Assembly: GCA_002633005.1 (NCBI GenBank)
Contig: NMRA01000157.1
Location: 348,073-398,453 of the forward strand
Direction of reading: 5' to 3'
Source: Phoronis australis
Taxonomy: Eukaryota > Animalia > Phoronida
Length of the DNA stretch: 50,381 nt
Numbering within the stretch: position 1 is the first letter of the stretch; each line of letters opens with the position of its first letter. Below, piece after piece: positions 37,501-49,500 of this stretch. The notes below the pieces were generated by a model that was not told where the DNA came from, ran no database searches, and saw only the letters and a list, made by a program, of their open reading frames with translations. A program made the translations under genes and the position numbers.

Positions 37501-40500
37501 ACAAGCCAAGATTTTAGTTGAGCGAGTGTCTAGCATTATGGAACGTGCCTTGGGCATGCTCACTAAGGTAGACATTTTCAAGAGCCAACATATGTTGGCT
37601 GATGTCACCAAAATCGTGAATTAAATGCTGACGTACCACTTCTGACCCAACAATTCAACTCTCCCAGTAGCTGTCCAATCACTTTTCAGTGGCCATTATT
37701 TGCTAGTTTAGGCTATAATGATCTTGAACATGTGATTTAATGTAAGTGTGATTCGTTACGTACTAAGGGCGGGTGAGCTGAAGTCAAGATTTGATCTTGC
37801 ATGATTCCACCAAACATGCTACCCTACTGAAAGAAAAACACAAGATTTTTGAAAAATTAAAAATTTTCTGCATTTCTCTCCTTTCCTAAATTGCACATTA
37901 CCATCAGCAGCTGGCACCTTAACTGTTTTCTTAACAATAGTCTGATATAACGTGCGTGCCTTTTGAGGACCAGTTTGATACCCGTTATTTAGTGGGGAAA
38001 ACTGGTTCTCAAAATTCCAGCACGTAGTATCAGACCATACCGTTTTATTAACTTTCGCTACTCACACAAAGCGTGGTTTTACCACGCCGCATGTAGTACA
38101 CAATCTCATTTAGAATGGATAAGAATTTCCTGTAACAAGTACTTATAATAAATTTGTGGTTGAATGTAAAACAAAATTTCACTCTTCCAACATGTATGCA
38201 GCTATAGTCTGTGATAGTGGTCGATTACAGTTTATTTTCAAGTCTGGTTTTTATCATGATGGTTCATACTTTAAAAACGGAACATATAGTTTGAGCCACG
38301 AGTATTCAAATAAAATGACACAGAATTCTGCACACCATGACTGAGCTGGGGGGAAGCCGAGTTCATCACCTTAGTAATATTCCTTCATGACTGAGAATGA
38401 AGGGCAATTAACATGAATGTTAGCTGGCGGAGTCATTCCGCAAAAAAAATTTATTTACTAGACAAGTTATAATAGCCATTTGTCTGTTAAAAAAAGTTAG
38501 CCGTCATGACGGGGAAACAGTTAATATTTAATTTGTACAAAACTTTTGACTTGAATTGCACGTGGAGTGTTAGAATAGTAGTGTTAAAAAAATGCTCTTA
38601 CCAAATCTGGGGCTACGTGTATTTCACCAGTGTCCTCTTGGTGTTGTTCGCATTTCAGCACCTGTTGTTTGTATGAATACAACATGCACAGCTCCACCAT
38701 GAAGCAACATAACGTGGGCCAGTCAGTCTGCTTGCTGGCATCACTGTGGTTGAAACAATGAGAACATTTAACAAATTTCCATCAAAAAAAAACAGAAAAA
38801 CAAATGAATGAATCTTACAGTTAAGCCAAAACTACTTTTTATAGACAATTTACCAAATCCTATTGTGAAAAATAATGAAAAACACTAAGCACCGTCTTCT
38901 ATCAGAATGTGTATTAAGTAACCATTTGACAATGAAAATAATATAGAATTTCCAGGAATGTAAAGCGATTTTGAAAGAACTGCAGTTTTTTTTTGAAAAA
39001 TATAGTCACTAAGGTTACATATTACCTTATTAACAGATTTGTAAATTTATCCTAATATCTATAAAACTACAGTAGGATTTTAATTCTTGGTAAAAGTATA
39101 ATTTTTTCTGAAAGGAAAATAAGGCTGTTGGATTTCCATTTTTTACCGTAACCTACCAGTAATTAGGACACATAGCCATGTCTTTTTACTATATTGTAGG
39201 AATCAAAATAGAAGGTACATTGAAAATGGTAATCAATAACTACATGTCTCGACCAAATTTTGTTGAATGTTCAAAATGAAAACTTTGTCACAAATGCTCA
39301 GTTACCATAAGATAAATTCTCATTGCATTTTCATTTGATGCAATATCTGAAAATCTTAAATGTTCGATTCTGTCACACAAAGGTGCAACATTTGAAATTA
39401 ACAAGTCCTAACAATACCTAAGAAAAACGTACACTAATAGCATCTGAAAACTTCACATGAAACAGATCTGCTATTTATCAGATACGTCTGTTCCAAAGTT
39501 AGCCACATTTCAGTGGACATTTTTCTTCAGTCCTAAAGTAAACTTAGCACACTTCTGAGATGATCGAGTCAAGCAAGACGAGTAGAGAACATTTTTTTAC
39601 AATTCAGTTTTTGAAGTCAGCATCGCAAAAGTGAAACTTCATTGGCATCAGAATGATAAATAACACAAACCTTTACTAAGCAGAATGATTAGCTCTGCAG
39701 CTGTGTACACTTATTTGCCAAGTGACCTACCGACGTAAGGCATTGCGGGTAAATACTGTAGAATCAGGGAGGGCGCTGTGATATGCAAGGATGCCAAACT
39801 TAACATACAATAAAGTTAAAAAAAATAGAACTTTTGCACCTCAATCATTTGGCCCAAATTAACATTCTCAATAGCTTACTTATGACCAGGAGTAGAAATA
39901 TTTCCCATCACAAGGGGGTCCTTCTTATCATTGACGTCAACGTAATGCCAGCTGTCCCTAGTCTCAATCTGCAAAGTTTTCACATGCTCAGCGACAGCCA
40001 CATAACAGCGTGTGCAGGGAGCCAAACGGGTCACCAGCAAATTTCCCATCGTACTACGTGCAAACCTTGACCCTATGTCCGGAAACCAGTCTTCCAAAAG
40101 AGTGTCGATGTGATCCACGAGCCTGTTGAGGATATTAGAAGCCGTGTGGATGCTTGGCTCGACCATAAATTCCATCTCTGATGAAGCCTCAAATTCCATT
40201 TCATCGATCTCAACTTTCTTCTTGTCGCACCTTCTGCTGACATCGGCAAATTTTGACGTGAGGATCTCCAGTGTTTTATTGATGTCCAACAATTTTTTTG
40301 TTTCCTCAGAAACAATCTCTTCACACTTCTTCTTCTCTTCAACTGCATGTTCTTTTTCTCTGCACAATATCTCAATCCTCTCCTTAAGATTACTCCTATC
40401 CCCAGATTTTGCCGCCTCTTCAACGTTCCGATCGGCGTCCTGAATACGATCCAAAGCCACCTTCAACCGTTCTTCGTGAAGACGCAACTGTTCTTCAGTT

Positions 40501-43500
40501 GCCTTCTTCTTTGAATGCTCCCTCTCCATTCTTTTCTCGTCTGAGGTGACAATCCTCATCAAGTCTCTCAGCTCACTTTTCAGCATCTCTAAATCTTCTT
40601 CAAGATGTTCATTTTTGGATTTCTTTAAGACGATGTTAGCATTAGGAATTTCTATCTCCAACACTGATTGTTCCTCGAGACTTTGTTCGCACCATTCCTC
40701 TGACAGAGTACCATTTACGTCATCTTTCTGAAGGAGGTTCTTAATCTTGCAATAATAGTAAACAGACGGGTCACCACCAGGCACGCTGTTCACAACTTCT
40801 TTGACCTGTAATTGTACACCTCTTTTGTAACTAAGCAATGGAATTTGAGTAGAATCTCACCAATTTAAGACACAACAAAGTCACCGCGGACTGAAATTCT
40901 ATTTCACGAATTTTCAAATGAAAGGTAAGGATCTCCAAATTAATGCTTTTCACTTAGTCGTTATATGGAACACAAACCAGTCTTTAAAAGACTGGGTAAC
41001 CAGAATCTGCGAAGCCAATCAGAATTATATAATAAAATATGGTATAACTTAGTATTAAACTAAAGTACAAAGTTAACTACGAGAGATTTAAAATAAAAAT
41101 AACAGTAACAGCACCAGAAACTATACACAAATTCTAGTTAGCAAGATCAACACAAATTGTTAAATTGAACCCACTATTGTATCGTTAACACCCACTACTG
41201 TACCGTTAACACCCACTACTGTACCGTTAACACCCACTACTGTACCGTTAACACCCACTACTGTACAGTCAACACCCACTACTGTACAGTCAACACCCAC
41301 TACTGTACAGTCAACACCCACTACTGTATAGTCAACACCCACTACTGTACCGTTAACACCCACTACCGTATCGTTAACACTCACTACTGCTAGTCAGGGA
41401 TTTTATTAGCATCAAAAAATAAACCGATTATTCCTGAAAACAAGGCCATTTTCCATAATACCTTTCATTGTAATGCTGAAATGTTTAAAGTCACTTCACA
41501 TAAAGGTTTATTAAAAATGCTATAATTTTTATGGAATTGATTTATTTCTGTTATCAGTAGACAATTGCCCTTTAGCGACTGCAACAACTCATTGTTTGGA
41601 CTGGATTGACGGTAAGCGTTATGAACAAAGTCATACAAAATGTGCAACCTCTCATGTTGATACAATGTTACAAAATGTGCAAAATTGTAACTATGCAGAA
41701 GAGAATGTAAAGAGAATATGAAATCAAAGTAAATTAAAAGTTTACCTGTAAAATTGTCTGATTGTCATACATCAGCCGCAAGCCCGTCTGCCAACACTCC
41801 CAAGAGAGTTTGGTCGCAAATGTCTGTTTCAGCCAGCAGTTGACGGCCGTCTGCATCGGAACCATTTCATTCGTCGCCTTGTACAGATTTTGTGCCACTC
41901 TGGCCAGTGCCTAGCAGTAAATATAGCAAAGCTTATGAATTAAAAAAAATTACAAGTCAGTGACAATTTGCAAGTTGTCACTGTTCGCAATTCTGCTGTG
42001 AATACATCATGACACCGATAAGTGAAACTACAGTCACGTGTATTCTGTCATGTAAAAGCTCAGCACTCATGCCTACTCCCAACTTTTGAAGGAACATTGT
42101 TAAGCATCATGGGGATGCTTGCTTTAACGCCCAACCCCGATTTTTGAAGAAATAGTGTGTATTCTTGACTCTCCTAGTTTCAACTTGCAGTCAGACTACT
42201 GAGATACACCGAGCATGTACTTTTTCCTCCCAACTATACGACAGGACTCGTCTATGGAAAACACCAATAAAGTTTAATGACTAAAAACTGCAGACTGAGA
42301 TAGTTAGTACTAAATACTATGTCCTGTTTCCAGGGTGAGACACTGTCTAAAGATCTTTCACTCGAGGCAAGATCATAATTTACTAGGAAACACATATGGC
42401 AAAAAACCCTTTGACTTGATACAGACTACAAAATTTGAAACATTGAAACGTGAGCTGAACTCTCTTATTTGAAACACAGGTGAGTTTTGATATTTCTCAA
42501 ATTCCAGAAAGAAAACACGCAACTGCACAGTTCAGGAATAATTCTGTGCCAAGATTAAATGTAGCAATAGTAACATCAACGTCTTCAAATGCATTACACA
42601 CTCAAAGTGAAATAAGTTACAAATTAATTTCTTAACCCGCAACGTAAGAAACCATTGCTTGCTGAAAAAAACAATTTGATTTCTATCATAGAATTAGACC
42701 TTTCCAACAGAATTTGAACATTCAGTAAATAATAATCTGCTTTTTATTCCTAGATAATCAAAGGAATGTGGCAATATTCAGAAGACGATTACTTTGCAAC
42801 CAACATGATGTTCTAGTTATTTAGCAAGTTGAATGACTGTGTAACCAACACGTCGTAGGAAGTTGTAAATTCTTTCTTAAGATGGCATCGTTCTCTTCCT
42901 GAGAAACATAGTTTTTTCAATAACTGAAATGACCTTGCCACGTAAATACCTCCAGACAGTCCAGTTTGTCACTTTCCAAAGCTTTATTGATTTACTTATT
43001 AATAATTACTTGAGCAACATGGTAAGGTAAACTTATGTTACTTTATAGCATCATTTCTGGTTTGCTTACAAAATGAACTGTTTTAATTTAGCTTATAGAA
43101 GATTAGGGTCCCGCTATCTAAATGCTCTAAAAGTTGCTTTACATTTTCATCTACCAAGAAAGAAACTGAAATAAGTTGGCAGGCTTTCAGTTCAAGCAGT
43201 AGCCATATTATCTAGTTTTAATTTACACTAATTTAAGAAAACCTAGAATGCCTGCTTTAACTTAATTGTCATGGAACTTAATATAATGTAGATCTTAAGC
43301 CATCCAGGAATGTTCATGATGTTCAAATTAGAACTGGTCTGCTGGATTACCTTTTTGATTTCCTAGATCTTTGGAGACCTCTCGTCTCCTTTGACAGAAT
43401 GTTGACTATGCTGAGTCATGGTAACTCTGGTCACATGGGACCTTGAAACTGCTTAATGGTACTTATGGTACATAGCTTGAAAAACTGTCTGCATTAAGTT

Positions 43501-46500
43501 TTATGGTACCTATGGTACACAGCTTGAAAAACTGTCTGCTACATTTTATGGTACCTGCTTGAAAAAATTGTCTGTCATGGTAGCTTTAGTCCAAAGCATG
43601 AAAACTGTTTTCATTAAGTTTAACTAATGATGGCTATGGTACACAGCTTGAAAATAAAAGCAAAAAATGCATAAAAAAATTTCACGAGATTTTACCTTCA
43701 GGTTAGGAAAAAATCCAACAATTTATACTAACAACAGACCGTTTCTCTCCCTCCTTTTCTAGACTCCCTTTTCCTTTGAAATTCTGATTCATCTCTTACC
43801 TTGTCTCCTAGGAGCCTGGTAATGAGTCGAGCCCAGAAGCCGCTAGGGAAGAAGGTCATTAGGACCAGTCGGTGGATTGAATGTAACGGGTTTGGGACGA
43901 ACCTCTCCTCAGCAAAGGCATTGAATTCACAGACCTCTTCATCCAAAGACATTAAACGAGCTGGTTTGACTGATGGTTGTCGAGCATATAATGTTATCTC
44001 CGAGGGCACATTCTCGACCTCACTGTGACACCTGTAGAACGTTGACTTTGCAAGTACCTGCGGAGGACGAATTGTCTTGTGCTTGATAGTAGGGCCGATG
44101 TTAGTCACCACTGTTGCTGCGCTAGCCGTGTTAATACAGAGAGGAATCTAGAAGAGAAAAGAAGCGCTGCAATCGAGGCTATGTTGATTTCATTTTTAAC
44201 AGTCAGGCCCTTCTACCTTTTGCAAAGAATTTGAATTTTAGAAAATATTAATTTCAGCTGACAAGTACAAACTGTAACCTCATTCTCAGACACACAATTG
44301 TCTCAGTATGACTGTATAACTAAACACAGCTTAAAAAGTGGTCCTGGTTGAGAAGAAGTTATTTTATTACCCCATATTTATTTTGAATAGCCAGAACTGG
44401 AATATGGCAGTTGATCTTCTCTGAAAATGAACGTTAGGTGTGCTAAAAAACTTGGTATCGAGGCAAAGGCAAAAAAATCAAACTAAGGGAGGTGTTACGG
44501 ATGATTTGCAGGTTATTGTGTTCATTAAATGTGAGGTCTTTTGTTTTGCTTAGCGTTAGTTTTCTGCCTCGCCGCTAGGCACTTTCTAGTCTATTGTTTC
44601 ACTGGTTTTCCATTTCACTCTGCCCCCATCATTTGAAGCGTCAAGTCGCTTACTGTTGTCGACGTGTACTAGTGAGTATTTTCTTTCGTTATCTGTATCA
44701 TTTGCTTTGTTTTGGACGGAGTTTGTACACTTTTATTTCTCTTAGTTTGTATATTTGTGTAGATAGTATTGTATTTTATTTGTTGTAATTTTTGTGTATG
44801 ATTTGTTTCCATGGTCTGTTTTCTGTGTGTCTTTTGTTGGCCACGCCCCATGTCATCCATTTTGCTAATTAAGTGTTTCTTGTTCTTTGCAGTCAAGATT
44901 CGAACAAGTTTTATATGGTATTCAAAAGTATTCAGACTTTATTTACGGTGTGTTCATAGGCTACCTTTGGGCCACGGAACAGAAATAAAGATTACTATAC
45001 TATAACATTCTTTCGTTTTCACACGGCAAGAGGGTATAACAGATGTTGAACACATCCAAAAACCTACATCAGTTGTCAACATTCCACTAGGAATTTCATT
45101 GGACAAATCAAAAAGTTAATTTGCTTTTAACTTTTGGTATTCAGGACATAAACTTCAAGCAAAATCACAGGAATGAAAATTTTGAAAATTTATTAAATAA
45201 TAATTAACAGGAAGAGATATCTTTTCCTGATAGTAGTAACCTTAGGATACTATCACATATACCACCACAGACTTATTAACAAATTAATGCTCTCCATGTT
45301 TCAATTCAATAGAAACAAAAAATAATTATTTCAACTGTCAATGGACTCCTGTGCTTCTTCTGTTTGCAGAAGCCTGAAAATGTTAAATGGCCTAGGGGAA
45401 TGCGTTTGAGAGTGACTGGGCAAGCAGATCAGGTCAGTGTCACTGTGCGTTTATATTGCCTGTGACTCAGTATAACTGAATATTAAAAAACTGTTAAAAA
45501 AATCAAATTTCATAATGACCTTTAATAAGCACTTTCAGAGAAAGAGAGGTGGACGTCAAAAACAAATTAGACAAACAAAATTGGCCACAAGGGGCCACAG
45601 AATATACATTGCCATAGTTTGTACCTGATGTAATATGTACCACCATTTGCTTTTAATATTAATAGAAACCTATGTCTAATTTCACGAAAAAAATCCAGTA
45701 TTTTGAAGACACAGACTGAGGGAAACGTTAAAAACTAAAATTGTCACAAGGGAAGGCAGTGGTAGTCGAATTAGTCAGAAAATCGTTGTCATCCATCAAC
45801 AGCATCATAAGAACACCATCTATCAAATCGTGTTGAGAAACTGCAAGGGGTTTAGGACGTACAGCAGCAGATACCGCAGACCTGGACTGAGATAATGGCA
45901 CCCACAAAAATTAGTACTTTAACTCACCCGGTCAGGAGCAGTAATAACTAACTCTTGCTCCGTTGGTAGCAGGCTAGGAATGAGAAGGTTGGTCTGGTTC
46001 CATATGAGAGCCAGCTCAAACTTCTGCAGCAAGTCGATCAAGTACTTTTGGGTCGTCTCCCCTCCTAAAGTGGCATCCTCGTTATTCTTCAAGAGCAGGG
46101 CAAGACCATCGATCTGCATGTTTCCTGAATACAAAATGAACGCTGACAAGTTTGCCGTGAATTTAGCCAGACATCTTCAAAACTGTGGATTTTTGAACTG
46201 TCAGTAAATTAAAGTAACTCTTACCATGTCCTGAAAGTGGAAAGCCTGCAGAGCTAGATTTTTGATTTTTTACCCGAGTATGAGTCAGTTATTTCCAAGC
46301 CCACAGATCCCTTATAAACTGAGTAAGGAGTAATAAGGCCAACTGCTGTGGTCTAATGCCTTTTGATAGAAAGAACGGGGTTAATGTCACATTGAAAAAT
46401 TGCATTGAGGATTACATATAAAGATGAAGTTAATACGGTAAAATCTCACCAAATGAGGATTATTGTTTTAATATTTTTTTCATTGAATGCTTTGACATTT

Positions 46501-49500
46501 TTAAGTTATCTATCAAAGCTACCATGATCGGGCAATGTTTTGAGAAATTGTGGACTTTCACAACAGTGTTGAAAGCTTTTGAAAATGAAAGTAAGATCCC
46601 TTTTAACAATTTTTGGTCTGAAATTATTGCCAAAATTGGTGATTTTTTACCTGCAGTTTTCAAAACCTGATAACTCTTCTCTCACTAGACACCAATAAAT
46701 TTTTACAAATTTGCGGCTAATTTAGCTTTAGTAAATTGAATTTATTTTTCATTTAGTTTCCTCACGGCTTTCACTACACCTTCAGCGATGCCACAGAAAG
46801 TTTTCAAATTTGATGAACAATTTTTTAGGAAATACCGCAATGCTTCTATACCAAATTTGAAACAGTGACTCGATTACGCAAGAGGCAAATGGTCACTTCC
46901 TGCGACCAGACACAATCAAGGAGTAGACTCATGATGACCTACCGCACTTGTGCACGCCGTTCACCTCACGCACGGCTATCACTCGCGCCAGCAGTTTGCA
47001 CAGCCATTGTGGATCGAGAAAGTAGAGGTTCTTCAGTCCGACATCCTTGTAGTGCAGCAACACTCCTGGGATAACAACAACTTCATGTTATGTACAGTTA
47101 GTCACTGTATAACACGAATTAGTAATCAGACAAAATACCATTTTTCCTCCATCATGAGGGGTAATTCCGTTAAGAGCAAAAACTACTGGTGATAAATATT
47201 AGGGCAGGTTCTGCCCAGCCATCATGATGGGGAATTTTTTACCATTTCGTACGCCGACTGCTTTTGGCTTGTACTACAGGACCTTAATGTCAATTTTGTA
47301 TTTATAGCTAAATACCTATCAGACCGTAGATTTTACCCACTGACATTTCACCAAATATGTGGATCACGTAACCAACGTAAAATTTAACGACAAGAGCAAT
47401 GCTGGGATGTTCACATCCACCCATGGTGCATCACCAATTATGTTTCCATGGGCACTAGGAGGTGCTGCTTAGCAGTCGAATCCCCTTGAAAATCAAATGG
47501 TGCCAACGCATTCTCATGATATACTTCTGTATCAAGTTTCATTGATATCCATACACCAGTTCTCTAGATATCATCCGGAAATGCTCTTCCCCAAAGCAAC
47601 ACTTCGAAATCCCCTTATCGATGACAAAATGGCCTCTAGGAGGTGCTACAGTGGTCAAAAATGCCATCCAAACAAAGACTTACACTTAGAACAAGTTACT
47701 CCTAGAATGAGTTGTCACTGGGTTTTGGGGCTGTCTATACTCTATTTAAACATAGTGCAACTCACCCCACTTGTGACAACTTACTCTACCTTATTGAGGT
47801 AGGGTAACATGTTTCAGGGTAACTTGTACCACTTGTAATGGCTGTGTGGCTGCAAACCTGGGGCAAGGCGGAGGTAATTATCAGCTGTGGTTACGTACAG
47901 ACTCGTTCGCATCAGCTGTTCAGTCATGCACAGAGACAACTTCTGCCTTGCAATAGTTATCAGATATGTGTGCGTGGACACTTCAACAAAAGTGGGACAA
48001 GTAAGTTACACTTAGTTGTTCTAGGGTAAACCTGTATATGGGCAGGACTAAATCCGCCCGAAAATTTAATGGAGCCGGCATATTGATATCACGTACCTCT
48101 TAGTAAACCTTCATTTAAATCCTTCAATCGAAAACGATCTCACACAACATGGTGATTAGGAGGTACCACAGCAGTCAAATCTGCCCAAAAATTGAATGTT
48201 GATGGCGCATTCTTGTGATATACCTCAGTCTGTATTAGTTTCATTGATATCCATCAACTGGTTTTCTAGATATGACCCGGAAACACCCTTCTCCCAATTA
48301 ACACTTGAAAAGACCCGTTGTTAACAAAATGGCCACTGCAGTGACGGAGTCCGCTCAAATATTAAATGGTGCTGGCATATTTATTTGATGACACATACCT
48401 CTGCGTCAAGTTCCACTGATCTCTAGATATTATCCATAGAGGCTCTTCCCCAAAAAATACTGAAAAGTAAAGCCCCCACTGACCCCAGTGGTGGGGCAGA
48501 TTGAAACAAAGCACAAACCCATTAAGTAATACCCTGCACAATTGAGCCAAAAAGTCCATTCCAAGAAAATGATCCTTTTTGTAAGTTTTTGACTTTTAAA
48601 TATTAAGTCAAAAACTTAAACAACTTAAAATTTAAGTGTCTTAAGTGCGGTATGGAAGATTCAAAGTTTAGAAGTGGAGACACATCTTAGACTTAAGTCA
48701 AAAATGAACTTACTCCAGTCAGTTTCTTGGAGGGGGCCCCCACAGACCATAATTTCTATAAAATTCCTAACCATATAAACTACTACTTATTCAATGTGCA
48801 AATCAGAGAAAAAAGTCTTGTTGAAAGCCCTGGCTTGAAAAATGAAGAACGATCAATTTTGAGAGATAGTAGCAGACAACTAATATTTATTTACCATTCT
48901 CATGCAAAAACTGCGTCGCTTGGTGAAGTTCAGTGAGGGGTGACTTCTCATCAAATCCTGGATCATCTTCCATTACAGCATATCTGGAATGAAGAAAGTG
49001 AACAAAATATGGGAGTGTCTTGTGAAACAGACTGTTGGGGACTTATTGCTCTCTGTCAGCTATGAAAAATATCAAATTTTTCTTCATGAGGTGTTATGAT
49101 AAAATGCCCTATGTTTTTTGCCCACCACGAACTAAAAAAATTATTGCAGGCGGTCTACTACACGTTGTACCAGACGTGCGCATGCTGTGTATGTGGGCCC
49201 ATTGCCCTGACCACCTGGAACAGTTACTATTTTTGTGCTTTATTATATAGTTAAAACCGAGCTGAGGTGCTAGAAACCTGACTCAAGGGTCTAGCAGTGT
49301 GGCCCAGTGGGACAAGAACCGATGACCTCGAGTAAACAAGGTGGGCACACCAGGCCACAATGCCTCCTCCCACCATGTACTAGGCTCATAAACGATTAAT
49401 GATTCTTCAAGTGCCAAAAAATGGACACAAACATTTATTTTGAAAATTGGTCAATAAGTGGTGCAGAACACAACAAATCTGCCCAAAAATGGGATGCCAT

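Noticed and set aside
41160-41384. ORF with (VVGVNGT/VVGVDCT)n repeats
   Set aside because: By-product of a 21-bp minisatellite in an intron; not needed for the LRRK reading frame.
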